Source: an uncultured cyanobacterium | Lineage (GTDB): Bacteria; Cyanobacteriota; Cyanobacteriia; Phormidesmidales; Phormidesmidaceae | Length of the DNA stretch: 64,000 nucleotides | Assembly (NCBI GenBank): GCA_963793265.1 | Contig: CAWBZI010000002.1 | Span: forward strand, 160,001 to 224,000 | Reading direction: 5' to 3' | In this document: positions 28,968 to 40,180 of the stretch, one piece after another | Numbering within the stretch: position 1 is the stretch's first letter | Layout: each line of letters opens with the position of its first letter | Made by a program: the position numbers and the translations under genes | Notes under the pieces: generated by a model | Told to the model about the DNA's origin: nothing | The model's database searches: none | What the model saw: only the letters and a program-made list of their open reading frames with translations

Positions 28968-30104
28968 ATGGTAAAACGTAGGAAACTTCTGGGCTATGGC
29001 ACAGCAGGAATAGCGACTGCTTCGGCGCTAACGGCCTGTAGCAAAACCGTTGCGACGATACCCGCTCCCGAAATTAATAGTTCCGCTCTACCATCAGTGC
29101 GCTGGCGACTGACTGTTGCTTTTCCAAAATTCTTAGACGTTCTCTACGATACCGCCGAAAATATCTGTCAAAGAGTCAGTGAAATGACCGATGGAAAGTT
29201 TGTAATTATTCCCCACGCACCCGGAGAAATTGCGCCTACCTCGGAAGTCACGGAAGCTGTGAGAACAGGCAAAGCCGACTGTGGCTTTACCGCTAGCGTG
29301 TTAGACGGCGATGCGTACAAAGCTTTTTATATTTTCTCTTCTCTACCCTTTGGGCTCACCGCTCATCAGCACAATGCCTGGCTCTACTACGGCGGTGGCC
29401 TAGAGATTCTACAAAAGCAGTATGCCAGCATCGGTATTAAAAGCTTTCCTGCTAGCAATACGGGCACGCAGATGGGCGGCTGGTTTAGAAAAGAAATTAA
29501 CTCGCTCGAAGACTTGAAGGGTTTAAGGTTTAGAGTGCCTGGCCTGGCCGCAGACGTTTTCAAGCAGTTGGGCGGAGAAGCCGTCTCAATAGCGCCTGAT
29601 AAAATTTTTACCGCGATAGAACAAGGCACCATTGACGCAGCAGAATTTGTTGGCCCCTATGACGACGAAAAGCTAGGGCTAAACCGGGTTGCGCCCTATT
29701 ACTACTACCCCGGCTGGTGGGAACCCGGCACTTCTCACGGGTTCAACATCAACATGGACGCTTGGGAAGCACTTCCCGCTGAGTATCAGCGAATTCTAGA
29801 GGCCGTTATTGCTGAAGGCCATATCAAAACCATCGCTAGATACGATGCTGTAAACAGCAAAGCTCTGCAAAAGATGCTGTCGCAGGGCACTAAAATTTCG
29901 GCATTTAGCAACGAGATTATGAGAGCAGCACAAGATATTGCCTTTGATTCTTATGAAGCATTCGCTCTTAAAGATGCCAACTTCAAAGAATCGTACACTA
30001 GCTGGAAAGCTTTCAGACAGCAGATATATCAGTGGCATGAGGTCAGCGAGATTGGCTATTCCAACTTTGTTATCAACAATCCTGCTGGCGCGCTGTCTTC
30101 TTAA
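28968..30104 (+). CDS. TRAP transporter substrate-binding protein (DctP/TakP-like)
   Basis: KRRKLL..LTAC Tat/lipoprotein-like leader; NTGTQMGGWFRKEI, LRFRVPG, IDAAEFVGPYDD and YYYPGWWEP motifs. Confidence 0.92.
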   Translation: MVKRRKLLGYGTAGIATASALTACSKTVATIPAPEINSSALPSVRWRLTVAFPKFLDVLYDTAENICQRVSEMTDGKFVIIPHAPGEIAPTSEVTEAVRTGKADCGFTASVLDGDAYKAFYIFSSLPFGLTAHQHNAWLYYGGGLEILQKQYASIGIKSFPASNTGTQMGGWFRKEINSLEDLKGLRFRVPGLAADVFKQLGGEAVSIAPDKIFTAIEQGTIDAAEFVGPYDDEKLGLNRVAPYYYYPGWWEPGTSHGFNINMDAWEALPAEYQRILEAVIAEGHIKTIARYDAVNSKALQKMLSQGTKISAFSNEIMRAAQDIAFDSYEAFALKDANFKESYTSWKAFRQQIYQWHEVSEIGYSNFVINNPAGALSS

Positions 30105-30175
30105 GCTAGCGCCTGTATAACATCCCCTAGTAAAGCTGCGATCGCCCACCACATACAACCCTTTTCTACCCACCC

Positions 30176-32908
30176 ATGTCATCACAAGATCGCATTGCAA
30201 AATTCTACACTCAATGGACAAAGCCATTCAGTACAAAGATAAGAGACACCAGTCTGCGCACTAAGCTGGACTGGGGCTTTGGCACACTTGTAATGCTGAC
30301 CTTTTTAGCCGTAGGACGCGGCTATTTGGGAGCTTCTCATACTAACCATAGCATTGAGAAAACACGCGAAGTGAGGATGCCTACCGCAATTAACTCTGCG
30401 GAAGCTCAGGCTGATTTATTGAATATGCTCTCGTTGGTTCGGGGCTATTTGGTCACTGGCAACGCCGACTACCGAGTGCAGTATCACGAAGCCAAAGATT
30501 CGTTTGAAGCAGAACTTGCTGTGTTGAATGCCCAGCGTTCTAACCAGGACTTAAAAACCAGCCAAAACGAGTTCGATCGGCTAACTGTAAGCTACCAAAT
30601 TTGGTCAGAACTCCCGGAAAAGCTTTTTACGCTTCATGATGATTTGCTAGAAAATCAGCCTGCACTCAACCTATTAGAGACAGAAGCGACCTTGCCGATC
30701 AGCATTGTTCGAAAAGAAACTCAAAACTTATTGGACAGTCAAGAAGTGCGGTCTTTCTCTTTTGAGAATATGACGGTGCTTAAAAACATTGTCTCATTTC
30801 AGGTTTCTTTTAATGACTTCATCTCTAACCTCCGTACCTATGTTGCCACTCAAGATCAAAGTTTTAGATTTGAATACGCTGGCGCAATTTTAGACAATAA
30901 TTCGGCTTGGGAATCACTGATAGCCAGCCAGCAGCAGCTAACAGAAGAACAACAGCTTAGCTTAGAAAAGATCGAACAGGCGCGTGAGCTGCTGCTAGCT
31001 GTGCCAAATGAAGTGGTGAACATTGTTGAGAGCGATCGCTACCGCCAAGACCTGTACATATTCAAAAGCCAGGCAGAACCACTAACGCAAGAAATGCTAG
31101 CGTCACTCAATGCGATTGTAACCAATCAACAAACCGCACTCAGCGCAGAACTTCAGTCAGGACAGGCGGCACTCCGAACGGCCCAGTGGCAAGCAACGGT
31201 GTTGGGACTGATTGCGCTAGGGCTAGGAATTGCGTGTGCGCTATATGCTCGCAGGCAAATTGCTGGGCCGATTGTGCGGCTCATGGCAGTAACGACTCGT
31301 CTCAAAGAAGGAGATTTTGGAGCTGAGGCAGTTGTTGAATCAAGAGATGAAATCGGTCAGCTAGCCAGTACATTCAACCAAATGACCGACGCGCTAAAGC
31401 AGTTTCGACAAACGGTAGAGGAACGCACAGTTGAGCTGGCAAAGTCTACAGAACTTGCTGAGAGTGCCAACCGGGCCAAGAGCGAATTTTTGGCAAATAT
31501 GAGCCACGAACTGCGCACGCCGCTGAATGGAATTTTAGGCTATGCGCAGATCTTAAGACGAACCCGAGGCTTAGGAGAAAAAGAGCGGAACGGCGTTAAC
31601 GTGATTTATCAATGCGGCACGCACCTGCTGACGCTGATCAATGATGTTTTAGACCTGTCTAAGATTGAAGCGCGTAAGCTGGAGCTAGTGAACACGCCGC
31701 TACATTTGCCCGCTCTCCTACAAAGCGTGGTAGAGATGTGCAAGATTAAAGCCGAAGACAAAGGAGTTGAGTTTATCTATCAGGCTAGCCCGCAGTTGCC
31801 AGAGGGTGTAGAAGCCGATGAGAAAAGACTGCGACAGGTTTTAATTAATTTATTGGGCAATGCAATTAAGTTCACTGAGCAAGGGGCCGTTACGCTGCGA
31901 GTGGATGTGGTTAACCGCTCTGAAGGGCAGGCTTCTTTGCTGTTTCAGGTGATTGATACGGGCGCAGGGATTGCTCAGAGCGATCGCAATAAGCTGTTTA
32001 AGGTGTTTGAGCAGGTAGGCGATCAAAAGAAACAGTCGGAAGGTACTGGCTTGGGCCTAGCGATTAGTCAGCGGATTGTTCAGCTTATGGGTAGCGTGAT
32101 TAAGCTAGAGAGTGAGTTAGGAAAGGGCAGTGAGTTTTACTTTACCGCTGAGCTACCGCTGGCCGACAATTGGGCGCAGCATCAGGGCGAGCTAGACGAT
32201 AAAGAGCGGATTATTGGCTACGAAGGCGATCGCCGCCAGATTTTAGTGATCGATGACCGTTGGGAAAACCGTGCGGTGCTCCGAAATCTGTTGGAGCCGT
32301 TAGGATTCAATATTATTGAAGCTGAAAATGGAGAAGTTGGCCTTGCTCAACTTAATAGCTTGCAGCCAGACTTAACTATTACAGATCTGGCGATGCCGGT
32401 TATGGACGGCTTTGAATTTCTACAGCAGGTTCGCAACACAGACACATTAAAGTCTGCTCGAATCGTTGTTTCTTCGGCCTCAGTTGCACAAACCGATCAG
32501 GAAATGGCTTTGGAGGCGGGCGGCAACGATTTTCTGACTAAGCCCGTGGACGCAAGAGCTTTGTTCCGAATAATATCTGCACAGTTAAATTTGACCTGGA
32601 TTTGTGAGGCTTCTGCAGAGAGCTACCGTCAGCTAGAGCCGCTGCCGAATGAGCTGGTTTTGCCTCCCCTATCGACGCTAGAAAAACTGCTAGAGACGGC
32701 CCGAAAAACAGATATTAAAGCACTGCGGACTCAAGTTGAGCAGCTTGTCAAAGCAGATTTGAGCTACCATCTTTTTGCGCAGCCTATTCTTCAGCTAGCG
32801 AGTCAGTTTATGGTTGAAGAAATTGAATCACTATTAGAAAATCATATACAAGAACATAATAAGCAATCCAAAGAACAAGCGGCTGAGGAACTGACCTATG
32901 CAAAATAA
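30176..32908 (+). CDS. Membrane hybrid histidine kinase (periplasmic helical sensor, HAMP, HisKA, HATPase, REC)
   Basis: Two TMs, [15 protein letters not shown] (HAMP), [28 protein letters not shown]. Confidence 0.93.
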   Translation: MSSQDRIAKFYTQWTKPFSTKIRDTSLRTKLDWGFGTLVMLTFLAVGRGYLGASHTNHSIEKTREVRMPTAINSAEAQADLLNMLSLVRGYLVTGNADYRVQYHEAKDSFEAELAVLNAQRSNQDLKTSQNEFDRLTVSYQIWSELPEKLFTLHDDLLENQPALNLLETEATLPISIVRKETQNLLDSQEVRSFSFENMTVLKNIVSFQVSFNDFISNLRTYVATQDQSFRFEYAGAILDNNSAWESLIASQQQLTEEQQLSLEKIEQARELLLAVPNEVVNIVESDRYRQDLYIFKSQAEPLTQEMLASLNAIVTNQQTALSAELQSGQAALRTAQWQATVLGLIALGLGIACALYARRQIAGPIVRLMAVTTRLKEGDFGAEAVVESRDEIGQLASTFNQMTDALKQFRQTVEERTVELAKSTELAESANRAKSEFLANMSHELRTPLNGILGYAQILRRTRGLGEKERNGVNVIYQCGTHLLTLINDVLDLSKIEARKLELVNTPLHLPALLQSVVEMCKIKAEDKGVEFIYQASPQLPEGVEADEKRLRQVLINLLGNAIKFTEQGAVTLRVDVVNRSEGQASLLFQVIDTGAGIAQSDRNKLFKVFEQVGDQKKQSEGTGLGLAISQRIVQLMGSVIKLESELGKGSEFYFTAELPLADNWAQHQGELDDKERIIGYEGDRRQILVIDDRWENRAVLRNLLEPLGFNIIEAENGEVGLAQLNSLQPDLTITDLAMPVMDGFEFLQQVRNTDTLKSARIVVSSASVAQTDQEMALEAGGNDFLTKPVDARALFRIISAQLNLTWICEASAESYRQLEPLPNELVLPPLSTLEKLLETARKTDIKALRTQVEQLVKADLSYHLFAQPILQLASQFMVEEIESLLENHIQEHNKQSKEQAAEELTYAK

Positions 32909-34190
32909 ATCTAAACTGCTGGTGGTAGACGATACGCCTGCTAACCTTGAATTTATTACCGAAGCCCTTTCCTCAGCGGGATATCAGGTGACCATTGCTA
33001 TTAGCGGCGATCGCGCCCTGAACCGGCTAAAGACCTACACGCCCGATTTAATTCTGCTAGACGTTCAAATGCCTGGAATCGATGGATTTGAAACCTGTCG
33101 GCAAATTAAGGAGAATCCTAACCTGGCGGATATTCCTATTATCTTTATCACCGCACTTTCTGATCCAGAGAGTATTGCCAGAGGATTTTCACTAGGCGCG
33201 GTGGACTATATCAACAAACCCTTTCAAGAAGCAGAGCTATTTGCTAGGGTAAAGAACCACATCCAAACAAAACAGTTTGCCGAGCGTCTGACTCAGCAGG
33301 TAGAAGAGCGCACAAAGTCGTTAGAAACAGCGATGGCAAAGCTGAAGTCTTCTCAAATTCAGATTATCCAGCAAGAGAAAATGTCGGCATTAGGAAACTT
33401 AGTGGCAGGGGTTGCTCACGAGATTAATAATCCAATTGGATTTGTCAGAGGCAACGTTAAGGAACTCCAGCGAAATTTAAAAGACATATTTGACCACTTA
33501 GAGATTTGTTGCCAAGAACATGCTTCTGATGAACGTAAAGAACATGCTGAGGACATTGATCTGGCCTTTTTGCTGGAAGATATGCCTAAAATGCTTGAAT
33601 CTATGGCGATAGGGTGCGATCGCATCCGCGATATCAGCGTCAGCCTGCGAACGTTTTCCCGCGAAGATAGAGATACTCAAGCCGCTTTTGATCTGCACGA
33701 AGGCATCGACAGCACGCTTTTAATCTTGAAGCACCGCCTTAAGGCCAGCGATACTAAGCCCGAGATAGAAGTCATTAAAGACTACCGGGAACTGCCCTTG
33801 GTTTACTGCTTTCCAGGACAGCTCAACCAGGTGCTTATGAATATTTTAGCCAATGCCATTGACGCGCTAGAAGAAAAAAACACTTGCCAATCTCTCTCTG
33901 AAATAAACGCAGCGCCCAATCAAATTACGATACAAACGGACACGCTGGAAGATCAGGTTTATATACGGATTCGAGACAATGGTATGGGGATGCCGGAGAC
34001 TGTGAGGCAGCACATTTTTGATCACCTTTATACGACTAAGGATGTTGGAAAAGGAACGGGGTTAGGGCTAGCGATCGCCCGTCAAATTGTAGTTGAAAAG
34101 CACGGTGGAAAAATCACGGTAGAATCAGCGCCCGGCCAGGGAACAGAATTTACCATTGCATTGCCGGTTGCGGGCATAGTATCGTCTTAA
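32898..34190 (+). CDS. REC + NtrB-type histidine kinase
   Basis: LLVVDD..LLDVQMP receiver; [21 protein letters not shown] and GKGTGLGL motifs. Confidence 0.93.
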   Translation: MQNKSKLLVVDDTPANLEFITEALSSAGYQVTIAISGDRALNRLKTYTPDLILLDVQMPGIDGFETCRQIKENPNLADIPIIFITALSDPESIARGFSLGAVDYINKPFQEAELFARVKNHIQTKQFAERLTQQVEERTKSLETAMAKLKSSQIQIIQQEKMSALGNLVAGVAHEINNPIGFVRGNVKELQRNLKDIFDHLEICCQEHASDERKEHAEDIDLAFLLEDMPKMLESMAIGCDRIRDISVSLRTFSREDRDTQAAFDLHEGIDSTLLILKHRLKASDTKPEIEVIKDYRELPLVYCFPGQLNQVLMNILANAIDALEEKNTCQSLSEINAAPNQITIQTDTLEDQVYIRIRDNGMGMPETVRQHIFDHLYTTKDVGKGTGLGLAIARQIVVEKHGGKITVESAPGQGTEFTIALPVAGIVSS

Positions 34191-34428
34191 GTTTCTTCGG
34201 GCGAAGTGGTTGGAATGCGAGTCACTGAGCGCAGATCGTCGGGGCCGGTTCCGACTGCACAAACAAGCTTAGTGCCACCGACTTCTATTGCTCCTAAAAG
34301 TGACATCGCTGCAAACTCCTATTGTCTTAACCTATCGCTTCTCAGGATATCTCTAACTGCGTACTTTAGTTCAGTACAGGCTGGCCCTTTTCAAAGAACT
34401 AGCCCGTAACAACAAAATGACCAGCGCC

Positions 34429-34740
34429 TTATAGTTGTTTTCGCAACAGGCTAATCGCCTCACTCTGAGCGGGCGTGATAATCAGCGGCTCTTCAATGCT
34501 CAAAACGGGCGTCCACAGCAGCGTTTCGGTGTAGCGAAGCGTATGAAGCAGGCGAATGGTTTTGCGAATTGCGTCTGGCTCACCGAGCAGAATATGCCGG
34601 ATAGACTGCTTGGCTGGATTGCCGGACGGGTCGAGCTGGGGCTGAGGATTCAGGTGGGCAGAAATGGTTTGAGCGGTGGGCACTATGGGCTGTGACTGAC
34701 CTGTAGAAGACAGGCCAGTCAGGCGATTTGCAGATTTCAT
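34429..34740 (-). CDS. Hypothetical protein (small cyanobacterial family)
   Basis: RHILLGEPDAIRKTIRLLHTLRY..W.P pattern recalled from cyanobacterial hypotheticals; GGAG upstream of the ATG. Confidence 0.6.
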   Translation of the reverse strand: MKSANRLTGLSSTGQSQPIVPTAQTISAHLNPQPQLDPSGNPAKQSIRHILLGEPDAIRKTIRLLHTLRYTETLLWTPVLSIEEPLIITPAQSEAISLLRKQL

Positions 34741-35084
34741 GGGGCTCTCCGGGTGTTAGGTTTAGAAAGCCGCACGAAAAAGATAGCTACCCTCAACTTG
34801 CCAAGAGTCAGGGTGGCTGTGCCATCATAGGCACAACCCACTGACCGGGTAAGACGGTCTGGGGGCGAGCTGACGGCGATTGCTTCAACAATTGTCGTCA
34901 GTGGCTAAATTTTTCGGGGCGGTTTAGCTGCTACGTATCAGATGAGTGCTAATAACAGCTATGAGAGCTAGCGTAGCGCTACGGTATTGATGATGTCAAT
35001 TATTTGACACGAAATCCTCACAAATGCGGAGCGGATAAAGTCAAGCTGCTAGCTTTGCCCCATATATGATGAAGCGAGTGAGGT

Positions 35085-35507
35085 TTGAAAATAGAAATGT
35101 CTGATAATGCAACTTTTGAGTTTGTGACTTCAACGAACTGTAATCGAGTAGCAGTAGAAGTTTCGTCGAGATGGAATGGCTTCGGATACTCCTCTGACGT
35201 TTATGTCTATCCAGATATTCGGGATAGAATATTTTGCACGTTAGAATATTTCTTTGGTGCTCAAAAAGAGCGCTCTATGCTTATTCAGGTACTAAAGTAC
35301 TTGAAAGATATCTCTTCCGACAAGAAGATATACTACTATCGCTGTGATGACCTTGCTCCTCTAATAAACTTACATATTCCAATCCTTGAGATCAATGCTG
35401 AAGATATATTTACTGCTGATTTCTCACCATGTCTTGGTGCCTCAATAGTGACTAAGTACGCATTATCTCCTGAGAGTATTGATAGATGTCATACTCAGCA
35501 TGTTTGA
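35085..35507 (+). CDS. Hypothetical protein (AT-rich)
   Basis: 140-aa ORF; no motif recognised. Confidence 0.45.
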   Translation: MKIEMSDNATFEFVTSTNCNRVAVEVSSRWNGFGYSSDVYVYPDIRDRIFCTLEYFFGAQKERSMLIQVLKYLKDISSDKKIYYYRCDDLAPLINLHIPILEINAEDIFTADFSPCLGASIVTKYALSPESIDRCHTQHV

Positions 35508-35647
35508 GCGAATGACTCAAGCGCCGTAAGGTATGAGTTTTCAGAAGGTTTATTCCCAAAAAATCTTACCGAGTTTTTGACAATCTAAGGCTATCATACG
35601 ACTATTCTTTCTTATGATTCCTTATCAGCCTGTGTTTCAACTAGCGT

Positions 35648-37360
35648 ATGAATAAGTCGCTATGGCCGCTGCTGATTATCACTTTAGTAGCCCTACTCTG
35701 CAATCTCAACAGTTGGGGGGTGCTTGAAGCGAGTGAAGCCCGATACGCCGAAATTAGCCGAGAAATGTTTCGCACTGGCGACTGGCTGCATCCTACCCTG
35801 CTCAACATCTATCACTATCACAAGCCGCCCGTCACCTTTTGGCTCACCAGTCTGGGCTTCAGCCTATTCGGCGTCAACGCATTTGGGGCTCGCTTCTTTC
35901 TACAGATATCGCTCATTGCACAGGCCGCACTGGTCTATTTTATTGCAAGACAGCTCTTTGAAACAATCGGTCAAACAACAGTTCAATCGACAGCCGCTAC
36001 GCTAGCAAAAGCGCGTCTCGCTGCCATTATCTATCTCTCTTTCCCGCTCAGTATCCTTAGCGCGCGCAATCTTACTACCGACAGCTTTCTCACCACCTTT
36101 GCTTTAGCCACTATCTACTGCATGACGGCCTATTACGCTCGGCAAAAGGTTTGGGGCATCTACGGCAGCGCTTTTTTCATTGGCATTGGTTTTCTAACCA
36201 AAGGGCCAGCCATTTTCGTCGTTCCTTTCTTCTTTTGGCTCTACCTTATGTTCGCGCGGCGGCTCGACTACCGAGTGCCTATTAAGCATTTACTCATAGC
36301 CTTACTTTTGTGTGTGGGCCTCGGCCTGTCGTGGTACGTGTATGTTGCAGGGAAAGTCCCTGGACTCGCTGACTACTTCATCAGCCAGCAAGTGGTCGCG
36401 CGGGTCACTGATGATCAGGCATTCAACAGAGCCAAGCCCGGCTGGTATTATCCGCTGATATTGGCAGTAACGACGCTACCGTGGGGTGTGCTCTATATTG
36501 TGAGTTTCTTCTCTAATAAGTACAACATATCTAAATCAGCAGAGACAAGACAGCTTTTGCTTTATTGGATAGCGCTTCCCTTCGCTGTCTTTGCGCTCTC
36601 TAGCTCCAAGCTTATGATGTACTTGCTACCCCTCTATCCAGGCATAGCGCTAGTGTCTGCCTGTTTGCTCACCAATCTGGCGCGGCCTAGTTTAGTGCAG
36701 TTGGCAGTGACATTTGCCTGCTTCTACACGGTGTTGGGTATCGTGGCGTCCGTTGCTCTGCCGCTAGTCACGCAGCTATCAACGACAGCAATAAAAACCG
36801 CTTGGCCGATGTATTTGTTTAGTTTGTTGCTGGTGATAACGCCCTTCTTAATCTACAGACTGTTCAAGAATGACAGGCTAAGGGTCGGAATTATGGCGGT
36901 GTCTTCGGTGTTGATATTGACAATTTATGGCGGCTATTTCTTAGGTGCAAACGAACTGTTGCTTAGTGGGACGCGGCCTGTCGCTCAGTTTATTCAGTCT
37001 CAAGGGCTACAGGATCGGCCTATGCTAGTGTATGGCGAGCTGCTGCCCTCACTGGCTTTTAACCTAGATCAAGACATTATTACAATTAGCGATGATGCCA
37101 TAGGCTATGGCGTAGAACGGGAAACTCAGTTTCAAGAGATAGGGCAAACAGAGGGGCAGTTGAGCGACCAGTGGCGACAGTTCTGGATTTACCTTGAGCA
37201 ACCAGACTCACAGCGCTATTTAGAAAGGTTGGTGCGATCACCTTCCGTACTCATCATCAGAGAAACTATCCTTGAAGTCTTGCCAGAGAGTCGGCGCTGG
37301 GTGCTACAAAACTACCCACAGTATAAAACCATGGGGCCATGGACGATGCTTTACCAATAG
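35648..37360 (+). CDS. ArnT/PMT-like glycosyltransferase (GT39/GT83-type)
   Basis: SEARYAEISREM, YHYHKPP and GFLTKGP motifs; many TMs. Confidence 0.88.
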   Translation: MNKSLWPLLIITLVALLCNLNSWGVLEASEARYAEISREMFRTGDWLHPTLLNIYHYHKPPVTFWLTSLGFSLFGVNAFGARFFLQISLIAQAALVYFIARQLFETIGQTTVQSTAATLAKARLAAIIYLSFPLSILSARNLTTDSFLTTFALATIYCMTAYYARQKVWGIYGSAFFIGIGFLTKGPAIFVVPFFFWLYLMFARRLDYRVPIKHLLIALLLCVGLGLSWYVYVAGKVPGLADYFISQQVVARVTDDQAFNRAKPGWYYPLILAVTTLPWGVLYIVSFFSNKYNISKSAETRQLLLYWIALPFAVFALSSSKLMMYLLPLYPGIALVSACLLTNLARPSLVQLAVTFACFYTVLGIVASVALPLVTQLSTTAIKTAWPMYLFSLLLVITPFLIYRLFKNDRLRVGIMAVSSVLILTIYGGYFLGANELLLSGTRPVAQFIQSQGLQDRPMLVYGELLPSLAFNLDQDIITISDDAIGYGVERETQFQEIGQTEGQLSDQWRQFWIYLEQPDSQRYLERLVRSPSVLIIRETILEVLPESRRWVLQNYPQYKTMGPWTMLYQ

Positions 37361-37384
37361 CGCGTGCTAGATGAGAGTTTAGAA

Positions 37385-37456
37385 AGCGGGTGACGCGATT
37401 CGAACGCGCGACAGGCTGCATGGGAAGCAGCTACTCTACCACTGAGTTACACCCGC
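37385..37456 (-). tRNA. trnG: tRNA-Gly(CCC)
   Basis: Reverse complement GCGGGTGTAACTCAGTGGTAGAGTAGCTGCTTCCCATGCAGCCTGTCGCGCGTTCGAATCGCGTCACCCGCT folds as a cloverleaf with anticodon CCC; CCA not encoded. Confidence 0.96.
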
Positions 37457-37546
37457 CAGTGAGCTAGCGAGGTCTTATTATGCCTGCTTAGTTTGAGCTT
37501 GTCTATAGATATGCTACAAAGCTTTACGCGAATAGAAAGATATTGC

Positions 37547-37575
37547 GTAGGGGCATAGCAACGTTATACCCCTAC
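37547..37575. repeat. GTAG-type REP-like palindrome
   Basis: GTAGGGGCATAGCAACGTTATACCCCTAC, a close relative of the copy at 7947. Confidence 0.7.
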
Positions 37576-37608
37576 AGCGACCGGCGTTGTAAAAGCAGGC
37601 GCTACAGG

Positions 37609-38208
37609 CTATTCCTCGTCTTCTGCTTCCTCCTCATCTTCTCCTTTAATTACAAAAGAACGCGCCATAATTTCGCCATTCTTCTTCACTGGCGCATCCT
37701 TCTCCGGGAACTCATAGGTACCGCGCTCGCCACCGTCAATATGCAATAACACCCACAGCTTGTCCCCAATCTGAGGCGCTTCCCACAAGTCCACAATCAC
37801 ATCTTCGCTATCCCCAGAATCTACACGCGCCTCACCGATACTCTCAGGCAGCGTAATGCTACCGTCTTCCCTGCTTTTGTGTACAGAAACCCAACCGTCG
37901 CGCGAGGTCGCAACCGTTCTCACAATAATCTGACCGGCGGTCTGTTGGTCAGCGACTACCAGCTTGACGTTCTTTTGCTCAACGCCTTCGGTATCCGGAT
38001 TCTCGTCTTCTTTATCCTCAGCGTCAGTCTTTTCGCCATCCGTTTCCTCATCCTCTGCTGCCGCTGGCTCAGTATCCACTACCTCTGAAGCTTCATCCAC
38101 ATCAGTAGAGGGATCATTCATTGTAATTGAGGTGTCGTCTCCAGAGCAGCCTATGAGTAAAAATGAGACTAACAGGGAGGTAAGTAGCGTAGTTGATAGG
38201 TATTTCAT
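37609..38208 (-). CDS. Acidic lipoprotein of unknown function
   Basis: Lipobox LIGC after a hydrophobic leader; D/E-rich linker; compact beta domain with GWVSVH and WVLLHID. Confidence 0.7.
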   Translation of the reverse strand: MKYLSTTLLTSLLVSFLLIGCSGDDTSITMNDPSTDVDEASEVVDTEPAAAEDEETDGEKTDAEDKEDENPDTEGVEQKNVKLVVADQQTAGQIIVRTVATSRDGWVSVHKSREDGSITLPESIGEARVDSGDSEDVIVDLWEAPQIGDKLWVLLHIDGGERGTYEFPEKDAPVKKNGEIMARSFVIKGEDEEEAEDEE

Positions 38209-38250
38209 AGACGATTTGGTAAGATTTGAGACTAACCCAATGTGTAGTTT

Positions 38251-38916
38251 ATGCCAATTATGGTTAATTCTGCGAGTAAACGTCGCTGGCGCAAAATAAT
38301 TAGCTTTACTGCGATCGCCCTCCTTATCATCACCGCTATTGTGCTGCTCAATCGCTACGGTATGGGGCCACTGCGAGCAAAGGTAGAAGAAGTCGGCATC
38401 GTTTGGGCTGCGCTAGGGCTCTTCTTACTGCGCTTTAGCAGTGTGGTTATTCCAGCACTGCCAGGCACAGCCTACGCTATTTTAGCGGGCGGACTCATCG
38501 GATTTGGCCCAGGGCTAGCCGTGGTTTGTATCTCAGATTTTTTGTCTTGTTCGCTGAGCTTTTGGCTGTCTTCTCGGTATGGGCGATCGCTCGTAAAGCG
38601 CCTCACGGGCGATCGATTCATCACCCGCGTTGACCAGCTCGCACAAAAGCATTTAGATCGAAATTTCTTTCTGCTCACCGCCTTTCTAATGACGGGCCTC
38701 TTCGATTTTGTGGCCTATGGTGTGGGCTTAACAAAAGCACCCTGGCGTAGGTTTATACCCGCGCTAGTGCTGAGCATTGCCCTTTCTAACCCGCCGATTG
38801 TGGCTTTGGGCTCTGGGCTATTTGCAGGCGGAAAGCTGTTATTAGGGTTTGCGCTGTTAGGGATGTTCGGCCTAGCTTTGGTAACAGGGCTGGTGCAGCG
38901 GCGAATGAGCGCGTAA
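38251..38916 (+). CDS. TVP38/TMEM64 (DedA/VTT) family membrane protein
   Basis: VVIPALPG, FWLSSRYGR and FDFVAYGVGLT motifs. Confidence 0.85.
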   Translation: MPIMVNSASKRRWRKIISFTAIALLIITAIVLLNRYGMGPLRAKVEEVGIVWAALGLFLLRFSSVVIPALPGTAYAILAGGLIGFGPGLAVVCISDFLSCSLSFWLSSRYGRSLVKRLTGDRFITRVDQLAQKHLDRNFFLLTAFLMTGLFDFVAYGVGLTKAPWRRFIPALVLSIALSNPPIVALGSGLFAGGKLLLGFALLGMFGLALVTGLVQRRMSA

Positions 38917-38918
38917 TG

Positions 38919-40046
38919 CTACACGTCCTTAGCAGTCTCTTTAATCAGGTAGTCTACCACCGACTTGAGGCTCTGCGTTTCTTGATACACCTGCTTTTGT
39001 CGTTGGGCGGCGTTGCCGTCAGTCAAGGTAGTGTTGACCAGCTCAGAGACTATCGTCCAGTCGCCGTTTTGTTCTAACGCCGGGCGAAGCTTATTAAGCA
39101 AATTGCCAACAACTTCTTTAGCTGGCAGCGTTTTACTTTGTTCAAAGTCGATCAGGCGATCGCTCAGCCCATGCCTGGCCGCCTGCCACATCGCCGCCCG
39201 CAGCGTAGAGGTTCGCACTTTGGGGTAGGGTTTGTTGTTTTTCACTGCTTGGTAAGCGGTTTGCGCGATCGCCCGGCACAACCCTGCCTGCATCACCGCC
39301 TCATCTATCGTCGCGCACACATCTGCTACTCTAAACTCAATCGTGGGGAAGCGTTTAGAAAGCCGAATATCCCAGTAAATCTTAGTCGGATCGTCAATAA
39401 TCTCATAGTCAATAAGCTGTTGAATACCTGCTTCATGCTCATCGTAATTTTCAAAAATAGGCGGCGGGCCTGCCGCTGGCAACCGGCACCATTGCTCCAT
39501 ACGGTAGCTGTCGTAGCCGGTTTCTTCGCCCATCCAATACGGTGAGTTCGCAGAAAGCGCCAACAATAGCGGCAGGTAAATGCGCGCTCGATTCACGACC
39601 TGAACGGCCATCTCACGATCTTCTAGTCCGACATGCACGTGGCAGCCGTAAATGATTAGCTCTCTAATCACCTGCTGCAACACATTGTCTAATTCGTGAT
39701 AACGCTCTTTGTCAGTTGTCTGCTGATCGCGCCAGCTAGAAAATGGATGTGTGCCCGCAGCAACAACTTCGCACTTGTTCTCTCTAGCAGCTTCAACAAC
39801 ATTTCGCCGGGCCTGAGTCAGCGCTGCTCGCACATCATCTAGCGTGTGGCAGATATCGGTGGCAATTTCAACCTGACAGCGATGCATTTCAGGCTGAATT
39901 GGATTCTCTTCATCGCCCGGTGTTGCCTTAGCCTTAATGATAGATCGCGCCTGGCTAGAGAGTTCGCGGCTCTGCGGATCGATGACCTGATACTCTTCTT
40001 CAACGCCCAGAGTAAAACCTAAGTCGGTAGCTTTAGTTTGAGGCAT
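38919..40046 (-). CDS. Carboxylate-amine ligase (GCS2/YbdK family)
   Basis: FTLGVEEEYQ, AAGTHPF, GCHVHVG, LALSANSP and YWDIR..FPTIEFRVAD motifs. Confidence 0.9.
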   Translation of the reverse strand: MPQTKATDLGFTLGVEEEYQVIDPQSRELSSQARSIIKAKATPGDEENPIQPEMHRCQVEIATDICHTLDDVRAALTQARRNVVEAARENKCEVVAAGTHPFSSWRDQQTTDKERYHELDNVLQQVIRELIIYGCHVHVGLEDREMAVQVVNRARIYLPLLLALSANSPYWMGEETGYDSYRMEQWCRLPAAGPPPIFENYDEHEAGIQQLIDYEIIDDPTKIYWDIRLSKRFPTIEFRVADVCATIDEAVMQAGLCRAIAQTAYQAVKNNKPYPKVRTSTLRAAMWQAARHGLSDRLIDFEQSKTLPAKEVVGNLLNKLRPALEQNGDWTIVSELVNTTLTDGNAAQRQKQVYQETQSLKSVVDYLIKETAKDV

Positions 40047-40180
40047 AGTACTTTCCCAAGATCTACCTATCAGCATCTCGTTTTTGAGTAAGATCAGAGC
40101 CTATCGTAGGACTGATCTATTCAGGCGATCGCAATCGTCAGTTTTGATCTACCATAAACGGTAGCTTGAAGGATATTTGG

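Noticed and set aside
37385..37456. tRNA-Gly as an integration site for an island
   Set aside because: I saw no integrase and no duplicated tRNA 3' end in the window
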